A program made the position numbers and the translations under genes. 64,000 nt of DNA from Haliotis rufescens (taxonomy: Eukaryota), in contig NW_025964334.1 in NCBI RefSeq assembly GCF_023055435.1, positions 46,066,001 to 46,130,000 of the forward strand. The letters run 5' to 3'. The notes under the pieces are model-generated. The model worked only from the letters and a program-made list of their open reading frames with translations, ran no database searches and was not told the DNA's origin. Each line of letters opens with the position of its first letter. The stretch's first letter is position 1. This document shows, one piece after another, positions 51,102-63,929 of the stretch.

Positions 51102-51486
51102 CTGTATGACAAAAAGAAAACAAACACTTGCATTCACTCAAACATACGTGTCAACAGGAATTATTTTTCAAATTAAATTTATTTTTTATCTAAGAAAAGG
51201 CAAATTTTCAGCACTTTTCTTTATCAATAGAAGATATAGATTGTTTTCAAATAATTCCCATATTTCGCAGTGATTGTGCTAGAGACAAATGACATTAGGC
51301 CATTTCCGTGAATTTGCTAACTTTTGACAGGACTTTCCTCAATATCATTACCAAGTTAGAAAGAAATATTTAGGACAATTTGGTGACACTGACAATCAGT
51401 CAATGTACTAGAAACAAACCAATCAGAAAGCCGGGTTTTGAATTATGCACAGACCAGAAGGTACATTACTAAAATAGTACACCTAC

Positions 51487-51898
51487 CATCGAATATAATG
51501 TCATTAGGATTTAGCATGGGCATGAGCTGGTTGAGAGGCACATAGACTTCCTCCCCTTGTGATCCTGTACCAAGGCAGACTGTACTGGCCTGGGTGAGGG
51601 ACCCAAAGTAGTTGGCCATTCTCAAGCCCTCCTTCGTGTGCCAGCTCAGCCCCAGCCTGTTGGCGATGGTAGCAGCAATCACGGTGCTGCCATTGTTCCC
51701 CCCTATCCCCACCAGCATGACCCCAACTTTGGGCACCTGTCTCTTGGTGCGGAAGGTGTACTGGGTGGAGACGGGTGTGGCCACATACTGGCCCCCCTTC
51801 AGCTCCACACTGGTTGTGGCGTAGCTGTACTGACTCTCGATGTACTTGTCCGAGTACGTCACGCGCGGGCTGTCAACCTGCACTGTTGTAGCAGCCAT
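51487..51898 (-). CDS. ISYNA1: Inositol-3-phosphate synthase, coding exon 1
   Basis: MAATTVQV...KVGVMLVGIGGNNGST (NAD-binding), ANYFGSLTQAS. Donor GATG|GTAGGT; 412 nt. The spliced CDS is 1671 nt, 556 aa. A splice acceptor accacag| lies 24 nt upstream of the ATG (exon starts 51922). Confidence 0.96.
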
Positions 51899-52156
51899 CT
51901 TGTAGAGTCAGACGTCCAGTGCCTGTGGTGAGAAAACAGAGTCATCATGTCACTGTTGGAGAAAGATGCTACTTTAGCTACTGCAGCAGTCCTGGTGGCT
52001 GCCTCACTTGTTGCCATGGTTTCTGTGCTATTGTCACCTCTTGTTTTGCAGTTGTAACTGGCACAATTTTGTTGTTATAAAACATTCAAGCTTGGTTTCA
52101 GATTTTCAGAAATTCTTTACATTTTTCACATTTTTGGGGGGTCATGATATCTGTAA

Positions 52157-52539
52157 ACCAATCCAACCAATCCCTCCTATGACGGATGTGTTGACTAGAG
52201 TCCAACCAATCCCTCCTATGACTGATGTGTTGACTAGAGTCCAACCAATCCAACAAATCCCTCCTATGACGGATGTGTTAACTAGAGTCCAACCAATCCC
52301 TCCTATGACTGATGTGTTGACTAGAGTCCAACCAATCCAACAAATCCCTCCTATGACTGATGTGTTAACTAGAGTCCAACCAATCCAACAAATCCCTCCT
52401 ATGACTGATGTGTTGACTAGAGTCCAACCAATCCAACAAATCCCTCCTATGACTGATGTGTTGACTAGAGTCCAACAAATCCAACAAATCCCTCCTATGA
52501 CTGATGTGTTAACTAGAGTCCAACCAATCTAACAAATCC
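52157..52539. repeat. 39/48-bp tandem repeat, about 8 copies
   Basis: ccaaccaat(ccaacaaat)ccctcctatgactgatgtgttgactagagt. Confidence 0.95.
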
Positions 52540-52687
52540 TGCCTTGTTTGATACGCTGGGGTACAGTGTGCAATCTGGTTTTATCTATTACAGACCTGGA
52601 TATTGAAGTGAAATTGTAATAATATATTTATTATGGCCCATGGGTGTCTCAGGGCTCCAACACTACAGCAGCAGGTCACAATGACCT

Positions 52688-55615
52688 TCCATAACCTAAA
52701 ACACTGAACAGTGACCCAAGACTTCCATAACCTAAAACACTGTACAGTGACCCAAGACTTCCATTCATAACCTAAAACACTGTACAGTGACCCAAGACTT
52801 CCATTCCATAACCTAAAACACTGTACAGTGACCCAAGACTTCCATAACCTAAAACACTGAACAGTGACCCAAGACTTCCATTCCATAACCTAAAACACTG
52901 AACAGTGACCCAAGACTTCCATAACCTAAAACACTATACAGTGACCCAAGACTTCCATTCCATAACCTAAAACACTGAACAGTGACCCAAGACTTCCATT
53001 CATAACCTAAAACACTGAACAGTGACCCAAGACTTCCATTCCATAACCTAAAACACTGAACAGTGACCCAAGACTTCCATTCATAACCTAAAACACTGTA
53101 CAGTGACCCAAGACTTCCATTCCATAACCTAAAACACTGTACAGTGACCCAAGACTTCCATTCCATAACCTAAAACACTGAACAGTGACCCAAGACTTCC
53201 ATTCCATAACCTAAAACACTGAACAGTGACCCAAGACTTCCATTCATAACCTAAAACACTGTACAGTGACCCAAGAATTCCATTCATAACCTAAAACACT
53301 GAACAGTGACCCAAGACTTGCATAACCTAAAACACTGAATAGTGACCCAAGACTTCCATTCCATAACCTAAAACACTGTACAGTGACCCAAGACTTCCAT
53401 AACCTAAAACACTGAACAGTGACCCAAGACTTCCATTCCATAACCTAAAACACTGTACAGTGACCCAAGACTTCCATCCATAACCTAAAACACTGTACAG
53501 TGACCCAAGACTTCCATAACCTAAAACACTGAACAGTGACCCAAGACTTCCATTCCATAACCTAAAACACTGTACAGTGACCCAAGACTTCCATTCATAA
53601 CCTAAAACACTGAACAGTGACCCAAGACTTCCATTCATAACCTAAAACACTGTACAGTGACCCAAGACTTCCATAACCTAAAACACTGTACAGTGACCCA
53701 AGACTTCCATTCATAACCTAAAACACTGAACAGTGACCCAAGACTTCCATTCCATAACCTAAAACACTGAACAGTGACCCAAGACTTCCATTCATAACCT
53801 AAAACACTGTACAGTGACCCAAGAATTCCATTCATAACCTAAAACACTGAACAGTGACCCAAGACTTCCATAACCTAAAACACTGAACAGTGACCCAAGA
53901 CTTCCATTCCATAACCTAAAACACTGTACAGTGACCCAAGACTTCCATAACCTAAAACACTGAACAGTGACCCAAGACTTCCATTCCATAACCTAAAACA
54001 CTGTACAGTGACCCAAGACTTCCATCCATAACCTAAAACACTGTACAGTGACCCAAGACTTCCATAACCTAAAACACTGAACAGTGACCCAAGACTTCCA
54101 TTCCATAACCTAAAACACTGTACAGTGACCCAAGACTTCCATTCCATAACCTAAAACACTGAACAGTGACCCAAGACTTCCATTCATAACCTAAAACACT
54201 GAACAGTGACCCAAGACTTCCATTCATAACCTAAAACACTGTACAGTGACCCAAGACTTCCATTCCATAACCTAAAACACTGAACAGTGACCCAAGACTT
54301 CCATTCATAACCTAAAACACTGTACAGTGACCCAAGACTTCCATTCATAACCTAAAACACTGTACAGTGACCCAAGACTTCCATAACCTAAAACACTGTA
54401 CAGTGACCCAAGACTTCCATTCATAACCTAAAACACTGAACAGTGACCCAAGAATTCCATTCATAACCTAAAACACTGTACAGTGACCCAAGACTTCCAT
54501 TCCATAACCTAAAACACTGAACAGTGACCCAAGACTTCCATTCCATAACCTAAAACACTGAACAGTGACCCAAGACTTCCATTCATAACCTAAAACACTG
54601 AACAGTGACCCAAGACTTCCATTCCATAACCTAAAACACTGAACAGTGACCCAAGACTTCCATTCCATAACCTAAAACACTGAACAGTGACCCAAGACTT
54701 CCATAACCTAAAACACTGAACAGTGACCCAAGACTTCCATTCATAACTTAAAACACTGTACAGTGACCCAAGACTTCCATAACCTAAAACACTGTACAGT
54801 GACCCAAGACTTCCATTCATAACCTAAAACACTGAACAGTGACCCAAGAATTCCATTCATAACCTAAAACACTGTACAGTGACCCAAGACTTCCATTCCA
54901 TAACCTAAAACACTGAACAGTGACCCAAGACTTCCATTCCATAACCTAAAACACTGAACAGTGACCCAAGACTTCCATTCATAACCTAAAACACTGAACA
55001 GTGACCCAAGACTTCCATTCCTTAACCTAAAACACTGAACAGTGACCCAAGACTTCCATTCCATAACCTAAAACACTGAACAGTGACCCAAGACTTCCAT
55101 AACCTAAAACACTGAACAGTGACCCAAGACTTCCATTCATAACCTAAAACACTGTACAGTGACCCAAGACTTCCATAACCTAAAACACTGTACAGTGACC
55201 CAAGACTTCCATTCATAACCTAAAACACTGAACAGTGACCCAAGAATTCCATTCCATAACCTAAAACACTGTACAGTGACCCAAGACTTCCATTCCATAA
55301 CCTAAAACACTGAACAGTGACCCAAGACTTCCATTCCATAACCTAAAACACTGAACAGTGACCCAAGACTTCCATTCATAACCTAAAACACTGAACAGTG
55401 ACCCAAGACTTCCATTCCTTAACCTAAAACACTGAACAGTGACCCAAGACTTCCATGCCATAACCTAAAACACTGAACAGTGACCCAAGACTTCCATAAC
55501 CTAAAACACTGAACAGTGACCCAAGACTTCCATTCATAACCTAAAACACTGTACAGTGACCCAAGACTTCCATAACCTAAAACACTGTACAGTGACCCAA
55601 GACTTCCATTCATAA
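52688..55615. repeat. 36/40/41-bp minisatellite, about 75 copies, with internal palindrome CACTG(T/A)ACAGTG
   Basis: Unit ataacctaaaacactgaacagtgacccaagacttcc[attc|attcc]. About 396-bp higher-order blocks marked by a gaattcc variant. Confidence 0.97.
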
Positions 55616-56308
55616 CAGACTTCGTAACATCAGGTAGCTTGGATATACTTTCCTGATTCAAGGACAAACCCCTCAGTGAACACATATCATTCATAAGAAA
55701 TGGTAAACTTAGTCTTTAGGTGTTTTGATAATCAACCATTTAATATAACTAAACTCTTTTCAGTCATGAAGTATTTAAAGGTAAAGAACGTCATTCACTT
55801 TCAAAATGGCAAATTTTCAGTCTGACCAGAAGCTTCTCCCTTCATTTTGTAGTGGCAGGTACTTGTAGAGTTAATAGAGAAAGCAAGATCGGATATCGTG
55901 GAAATGCAGTTCTACTGCTTCTACTACAAGCGAAATGGTCACCATGGTGAAGAACATACACACCCATCCTCCTGTCCAAGTTGGCATTAAGGAAAAACAT
56001 GAATGTAATATTCTTATTCTTATCTAAACAAAAACATACATTAATGCTTATGGAATTTAATGGTAACATTTAATTGAATTGGGACTGAAAACTGAATTTT
56101 AATTTGATTTGATTTGAAAAATTAAGTTACAGTCATATACTTTTTCGGTGAAAGACTCAATCACCACCGTTTTATAAAATTCCAGGTATTTACGAACTGC
56201 ACTCCCTGTATCATAAGGATAAAGCATTACCATTGAGAACAATGCCAATATATCATGTATATAAGTTTGGAAATAATCAAATAGGGTGTGATGGGACAAC
56301 GGAAAAAC

Positions 56309-56577
56309 GAGTGAGTGAGTGAGTTGGGTTTAATGCTGCTTTTAACAGTATTCCAGTTATATCACGGCGTGTCAGCTTAATGTGGGAGGAAAACCCAATG
56401 TGATGCAGGTCTCATTTCAGACATTTACCACTTCAGTGAAACCCACGAGAACGGGTATGGTGCTGACAAACCAAGAAACATAATTGCGGCAAACCGGGAT
56501 TCGAACCCACAATCATAGGTTTCTGGCTTGCCCAAGGGATGCAACTCTGCACAGCAAATCGCCACCCGCTCAACCAC
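56309..56577 (-). mobile_element. SINE, second copy of the 15516 family
   Basis: The reverse complement aligns along its length with 15525-15786; (gagt)n tail. Confidence 0.9.
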
Positions 56578-57387
56578 TTGTGTATGTATATATACATGTA
56601 AACTAAAGGATTGATCAAATGTATATGTAAAATATAGAACTGACCATATATACATGTAAAATATAGAACTGACCATATATACATGTGAAACAAAATATTG
56701 AATGTAGCCGATCTTATTTCCTGTCTATGCTTCCAACCGTTTAACCCAGATTAACATAGGAAACACATCGTAATCCTATTGTCTTTCCTAATCCCCAAAT
56801 CGAGCCATGAACACGAAGTAAACCTTCTTTTTTTCTCGTTTAGTCGACCCTCGTTTTACCAAAAGGGGATGGTATGGGGTGAGAGGGGTGGTTTATAAAC
56901 ACTGGTTCCATTTATCTCGGGCAGTAACAATAACGTTTGTCCTTCTTATCACAAGTTCCAGATACTCCCCCATAAGTTATTGATAGATAAATATTTCTAA
57001 ACTTATTGATAATTTGTTTTTATTAGATAACATAAATGTTTGAAAACCAGAAGGTGAAATCTGTTTTGACAACATGACAGCTTCTCACTCTCAAAAATGT
57101 TGTCTGCTTGGTGTATAAGCTTAAACTGTTTAAAGTTTTGCATTTAGGCTTGACCATGGCAAAATTCTTTACATCAGTGATTATCGGTTCTGTTTTCATA
57201 TGGAGTACCCTATGCACAATTCAATGTGTTCATATTAGGAATTGACACCTCACCCCTCTCGAAAAATGTTAACACTGATTGGAGGACTTTGGACTTTATT
57301 TTGTTTTGTCATTGTATTCCGTTGCTTTCTTTTGGGAATTATTTTTCATCCTCTGCGTGTATTTGGATGTTTGCTGCTACTTTCGCT

Positions 57388-59181
57388 GAGATGCAGACCT
57401 GGGGGCCAGGTAATGGTAACACCAAGATGCAGACCTGGGGGCCCAGTAAAGGTAACACCGAGATGCAGACCTGGGGGCCAGGTAAAGGTAACACCGAGAT
57501 GCAGACCTGGGGGTCCGATAAAGGTAACACCGAGATGCAGACCTGGGGGCCCGGTAAAGGTAACACCGAGATGCAGACCTGGGGGCCCAGTAAAGGTAAC
57601 ACCGAGATGCAGACCTAGGGGCCAGGTAAAGGTAACACCGAGATGCAGACCTGGGGGTCCGATAAAGGTAACACCAAGATGCAGACCTGGGGGCCCGGTA
57701 AAGGTAACACCGAGATGCAGACCTGGGGGCCCAGTAAAGGTAACACCGAGATGCAGACCTGGGGTCCGGTAAAGGTAACACTGAGATGCAGACCTGGGGC
57801 CCAGTAAAGGTAACACCGAGATGCAGACCTGGGGGCCCAGTAAAGGTAACACCGAGATGCAGACCTGGGGGTCCGGTAAAGGTAACACCGAGATGCAGAC
57901 CTGGGGGTCCGGTAAAGGTAACACCGAGATGCAGACCTGGGGCCCAGTAAAGGTAACACCGAGATGCAGACCTGGGGCCCAGTAAAGGTAACACCGAGAT
58001 GCAGACCTGGGGGCCAGGTAAAGGTAACACCGAGATGCAGACCTGGGGGCCAGGTAAAGGTAACACCGAGATGCAGACCTGGGGGTCCGGTAAAGGTAAC
58101 ACCGAGATGCAGACCTGGGGGCCAGTAAAGGTAACACCGAGATGCAGACCTGGGGCCCAGTAAAGGTAACACCGAGATGCAGACCTGGGGGTCCGGTAAA
58201 GGTAACACCGAGATGCAGACCTGGGGGCCAGGTAAAGGTTACACCGAGGTGCAGACCTGGGGCCCAGTAAAGGTAACACCGAGATGCAGACCTGGGGCCC
58301 AGTAAAGGTAACACCGAGATGCAGACCTGGGGGCCAGGTAAAGGTAACACTGAGATGCAGACCTGGGGCCTAGTAAAGGTAACACCGAGAGGCAGACCTG
58401 GGGCCCAGTAAAGGTAACACCGAGATGCAGACCTGGGGCCCAGTAAAGGTAACACCGAGATGCAGACCTGGGGCCCAGTAAAGGTAACACCGAGATGCAG
58501 ACCTGGGGGTCCGGTAAAGGTAACACCGAGATGCAGACCTGGGGGCCAGGTAAAGGTTACACCGAGGTGCAGACCTGGGGCCCAGTAAAGGTAACACCGA
58601 GATGCAGACCTGGGGCCCAGTAAAGGTAACACCGAGATGCAGACCTGGGGGCCAGGTAAAGGTAACACTGAGATGCAGACCTGGGGCCTAGTAAAGGTAA
58701 CACCGAGAGGCAGACCTGGGGCCCAGTAAAGGTAACACCGAGATGCAGACCTGGGGCCCAGTAAAGGTAACACCGAGATGCAGACCTGGGGCCCAGTAAA
58801 GGTAACACCGAGATGCAGACCTGGGGGTCCGGTAAAGGTAACACCGAGATACAGACCTGGGGGTCCGGTAAAGGTAACACCGATATGCAGACCTGGGGGT
58901 CCGGTAAAGGTAACACCGAGATGCAGACCTGGGGGCCAGGTAAAGGTAACACCGAGATGCAGACCTGGGGGTCCGATAAAGGTAACACCGAGATGCAGAC
59001 CCGGGGCCCGTAAAGGTAACACCGAGATGCAGACCTGGGGGCCCGGTAAAGGTAACACCGAGATGCAGACCTGGGGCCCAGTAAAGGTAACACCGAGATG
59101 CAGACCTGGGGCCCAGTAAAGGTAAAACCGAGATGCAGACCCGGGGGCCAGGTAAAGGTAACACCGAGATGCAGACCTGGA
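57388..59181. repeat. 35/36-bp minisatellite, about 50 copies
   Basis: Unit gagatgcagacctgggggccaggtaaaggtaacacc. A 318-bp block duplication is marked by the ggttacaccgaggtg variant. Confidence 0.97.
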
Positions 59182-59329
59182 GGAATGACTGGCTCAATCA
59201 CGTCCACGGAAAGAAAATGAGTAAAGGAAAATGCCAGGTAAAAAACAGTAAGAAGAAATTAGCGTGTGCTTAATTCTAAAACTTTAATTGCCAAGTCAAG
59301 GCTTTGATCCAGATTATTATCTCAGATAA

Positions 59330-59770
59330 TGTCTAGCGAAGACAGTGTCGGACCTCCAAAAACATCCTGGGAGCTGGGGATAAAAAACCCTTTTCTGGGT
59401 TCCCACTGAACTTGTAGTGCACGAACGGGGCACAATAAGAGTTCATCCTGCCTGGAGATTGGAATGGTGCTGGACCGGGTTGCCTTTTCTGGTAGCTGAT
59501 TCTTAGCTATAACATCGGAACACAGCTCGAGATCAACCGCTCCCTGCATGTAATTCGATAACCCTTGCCCCAGTGGCTAGTGCCAAGACAAAAATTGTCT
59601 TCTTGGTGAGGTTAAACAGGATTGCGTGTAGAGGCTCGAACGAAGGCCCACACAAACCCTGAGGTGCTACATTCAAATCCCTAGTAGAGGGGGAAATTTG
59701 GCCTTTTGACCCTCAAGCATGAATGAGCGTAGGAGGGCCTGTACTTCCGGGACTTTGGTCATCTCACAAT
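59330..59770 (-). pseudogene. DIRS-type retrotransposon tyrosine recombinase fossil
   Basis: Minus-strand translation RDLNVAPQGLCGPSFEPLHAILFNLTKKTIFVLALATGARVIELHA, then frameshifted IAKNQLP...DELLLCPVRAL. Matches DIRS YR motifs WDLxxVL..PFEPL..LTxKTxFLxALAT..RxSELHA and LCPVRAL. Confidence 0.8.
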
Positions 59771-59984
59771 CTTTCCGAATGACAAACACTGAATGAAGAG
59801 CCACCAAGTATGTTGTAATGGTGCTGCCCTTCAAGCGTTGGTTTATACGCGAATATGATAATATGTGGCAGTCATTTGAAACCTTTTGTAAGGAGAAATA
59901 CCTCCGACGTATTTCTCCTTACGAAAGGTTTCAAATGACTGCCACTTATCATCATATAAGTCACAATTTTCTCTTTTTCTTTAA

Positions 59985-62068
59985 AGGGGCACTGATCTAA
60001 CGGAATTCCCTGGACTGGTTGTTGCCTTTGTTATTGTTTTTTTCCCCGTGAGTACCCGGATGATACGCAACGCAACTGAGCGTGACCAGAGACTGGGCTA
60101 CCGTCTGCAAGGACAGCTAAATAAACTTGGAGGCTGAAGGCAATATTTGTTTTACGCATTTTTGCATAAACACTGATTGGTTAACCGTGATCTATAAAGA
60201 TTTCGACAAAGGGCGCATGTTAATTAATTTATTCAACCTAAACAAACAGACAAAAAGAACGGCGGAGCTCATCGGATGTCGTCATTTGGAAATACCCCAG
60301 ATGGTCATAGTTTAATACTAAAAAAAGTATCCATGCAGTGAAAGCATTTTCGGATTTCGGATTGCGTCGATAATACGATATCTACTCCCTTGTTGTCATC
60401 CACGTTTTCTCGTATAACCCTACACTTGTGTATTTGTCGTCATTCACTTGATGCTCAGTTAATGAATTTATTACAGGTACAATTAGTGGTAGAACCACTT
60501 AGATTACCTGACAAAGGTTCCCATTCGGCATTTATTGTGTCTGGGGTAATTATTCAATCTAAATCCAGGTTTGAAGTGAGTTGAAATGTGTGTTATGTAA
60601 TATGCACGTGGCAGACCAGCAAGAGGTGAATGATCAGTTGATTTACTTTTTTTGTGTAAATCAACGGATCGTTCCTAGTCATCAAAGGATTAACAGAAAA
60701 TACGTTGATTGTTTAATCACTGTTATCTTGCACAGTGGATATGTCAAAAGTGAGTGTTTACATGTCTAGGTTTACTAAAACAAAGGGAATACACTCATAT
60801 CATGGCGTGAAGTGCCGATGTAAAAACAACATACTTTGTTCAAAGGGTTAACTGATTATACGTTGATTGATTGATCATTGTTATCTATCACTCAATGGAT
60901 TTTTTAGGAACTGTGGACGTTATGAAAATAGTTGTCACTTGGGCTTTCTCAGCTGACCCTTGAGACTTGACACCTATGTGAAACACCTGAAACAATCCAA
61001 GTGATCAGTTGAGAAACGAACACAGGTTAAAATATCCCAAAACGATATATAGCTTTTAAAATATGTGATTGTTACAGAGACACGTGACATCGAATAAGTT
61101 TCTTTGTATAGTTGCAGATGTGTGGGATATTGTTCCTTTGTGTGGATATTCATGGATATATTCCTCGAACAAGGAAGCTGCCTAAAATTTATACACATAA
61201 ATTTGGTAGGTTGTAATTATGGTATTTGCATTTTGTTTTCCTTCATTTGCTGTAGCATTGAACCGATTCGTCCTTGTTCCTCTACGTCTTGGTTGGGAAA
61301 TTCTTCAATGCGCGATAGACGTTGTTTTCACAGGCCTTTTCCTTTGTAAGCATGTATATATTACCTTCAATTTGTAAAATGTAATTCTCTCAGGCAATTT
61401 ATAAAATGTGTAAATATTTCAGTCATTTTGACTAAAAAATCTCTCCAGATTGATTAAGACGATCAAAAGGGCCTACAAACATCACAACTGATTATTATGT
61501 AGGATTAGAAGCCAAACAACATAGAAATGTACTTTTCAACGTAACATTTTCAGTCTCTTGGTGATGACATTAAACATCAAAAGGTTTGGAATTTGTTAGC
61601 ATAATAATACAGATGGAAATGTTTTTCAGTCACTTTGTAAAATAACTGAATATTTAGGCGTTTAATAAATTTGAAAATGTTACACATTTTGACAGTAAAA
61701 AAATATACACACTATATAAAAGCAATGCTCACTTGAAACATTTACTTTGTATTGCAAGTCAAAATAGTGTAAACGAAAATCGCAAAATTACCAAGCAAGT
61801 GTTTTATCAAAACTTCGTCACCATTACCGATGCTACCCACAAAGATACCTACATTTCCTTATTATCTCGAAAACTGTATATCATTTTGTTGATCAATGTG
61901 ACCATACGCCCTTATTACTACCCATACAAGTGACTAATGCGCTTACGAATGGCGCAGCAGAGGTCGCGAACTAGTCTAGATTTCTGCTATACATCCGGGT
62001 ACTCACTGGGAAAAAACAATAACAAAGGCAACAACCAGTCCCGGGAATTGCGTTAGATCAGTGCCCCT
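59985..62068. mobile_element. Non-autonomous DNA transposon with TTAA TSD and about 78-bp TIRs (Kolobok-like), 2084 bp
   Basis: ttaa|AGGGGCACTGATCTAACGGAATTCCCTGGACTGGTTGTTGCCTTTGTTATTG...GTGAGTACCCGGATG, with its near-perfect reverse complement ending CAGTGCCCCT|ttaa. RR...YY termini with TTAA fit Kolobok rather than piggyBac. Confidence 0.88.
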
Positions 62069-63106
62069 TTAAATATGGATATTTAACCTCAAAGAAAAGC
62101 GAAATGTTAATTCCCTGCACTAAAAATAGACAATGTAGATGTGCACGCCACCCATGTAGGGAGGAGTCTACAAACACATGTAGTGTTGGAGTTGGCCTGC
62201 TTAAAAGATATATTTGTAGAAGGGAGTAGCAATATATCTTATGTCACTCCAAGCTTATCAGGGGTGGCAAAAACGTACTATTGAAGTATGACATCTACAA
62301 GGAACATATAAGAAATGGATACAAGACCATAGCATGTGTACTATCTTCAGGAGCTGGTACAGATGGTGCTGTTGATATCAGTTAACATGTTATAATCTGG
62401 CATGTGTGGTCATCATTACTAGTTTGTCCTGATTCATGTTTTTATCCTTATTGCCTCAGATGAGGCTTCATCTGCTGCTCTCGTCTGACAGCTGAGAGAA
62501 TTGTCTGTGCCAGCAGGTTCTAGGCGAGGCACACTTTTGATTGGCGGGTAGGGGGGAGAGATAATAATTACATTATCTAGCTTCTTCATGTAGGCTACAA
62601 TGTATTTTTATGAAATATTGCTATATATTTGGGTGAAATTCACCTGTGCCTGTGTTATTATCTATCACAAGCACTTGCCTTCGCACATTTTATAAGTTAC
62701 CCATCGAGGAGAACTTGGCAAGTCAGGTAACACAAGCCATGAATACCCGGTATATAGACATCTGTAACATACATTTATTTATTGAGAAGGGAAGTAACTC
62801 TTATGACCTTCATAGCATACACGTGCGGGGAATTGACACGTTACCGGTGTGTAAGAGAAATACAGACCTTAGTCTGTGATGCGCATCATATGTGATAAAC
62901 TATACCACGGATCGAAAAACAGCCAAGCAATATACATATCTGCCTACGATACCCAAGCCTAATCTGTCGAAAATACACTGACGGCGATATAAGCTTATCT
63001 GTAATAGATCTATTTTTTCGAGAGGCATTACCAGTACCAATCGCCAGCAACTATAAGCTTTCTCTTCGATGACATGTCAGTTTGCAATCGATCACTCAAT
63101 ACTTAC

Positions 63107-63190
63107 CTAAGAATTACTTCTCGTGTTTGTTTCCGCTTTAACACAAGTTATTAAACGAACAGACGCCACAGACTCAATGAACTCAATGAA
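63107..63190 (-). other. ISYNA1: Probable non-coding first exon of ISYNA1
   Basis: Begins at an Inr-like TTCATT about 30 nt after a TATA box and ends at a perfect donor TTAG|GTAAGT (GT at 63106-63105). No ATG inside. Pairs with the orphan acceptor at 51923-51924. Confidence 0.6.
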
Positions 63191-63260
63191 TTTTCTTCTT
63201 CCAGCTTGCAAGGCTTTTATATATAGCGTGACCCGAAATGGTGGAATTTGATTGGTCGGC
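63185..63260 (-). promoter_or_regulatory. Pol II core promoter: CCAAT box, TATA box and initiator
   Basis: Minus strand gaCCAATca (63255-63251), TATATATAAAAG (63225-63214), TTCATT (63190-63185), in canonical order and spacing. Confidence 0.7.
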
Positions 63261-63929
63261 AGCTGGTATCAACATTGCCTCTGGTGAACACGTCAGTGTC
63301 AGTGACAAGCCTGATCGAGAAAATTCGAAATCATGCGATTGTCAATAATTGAAGTGAGGTCACGGTCGGTTGTATCGTGACATCGAAAGCTACAATTACA
63401 ATTAATAATAATACTTGATCGCTTGCACTCCTAAAGTGGGAGTAAAATTTAATATTTGTTGAGAACAGTTAAAAATTTGATTTATTTTTCCAGGGCAGTT
63501 GTGTTTTAACATTTATTACTATACTTCGCACAATTGGACTAGACCAGAAAATCCAGTGAATCTCGCCTTGCGTTTTAAGTACTCATTTAACTACAAAATG
63601 TAATTAATTTAAAATATTTTAACTTGTTGAGACATACTTTTTCCGTTATCATATATTGTATTTAATCGGTTCTTTTCAGAAGTAAGCATTGTCATAAGAC
63701 ATATTCATTTTTGGGGCATGGTTGATCATGCGGTCTAAGGTGACACAATTTGCTGCACACGTTTGGTTCGAATGCCATAATTAACCCCGACTGTGACTCT
63801 TGGTTTGCCAGTACCATACGCGCGCAGGTTTTATTAATTAAAGTTTCCCCTTTAATGAATACTTTTAGAAATAGGGTGAACGTCAGTGTTAAAGACTATC
63901 ACTTACATACCCATGTTATTCATGTATTT

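Noticed and set aside
52688-55615. RSS-like heptamer/nonamer (ACAGTG...ACCTAAAAC)
   Set aside because: The heptamer lacks the essential CAC start, the spacing is not 12 or 23, and the nonamer match is poor.
57242-59207. 570-aa and other Gly/Pro-rich ORFs resembling collagen or mucin
   Set aside because: A 35/36-bp repeat with frequent 1-bp indels that switch frames freely; no Gly-X-Y periodicity.
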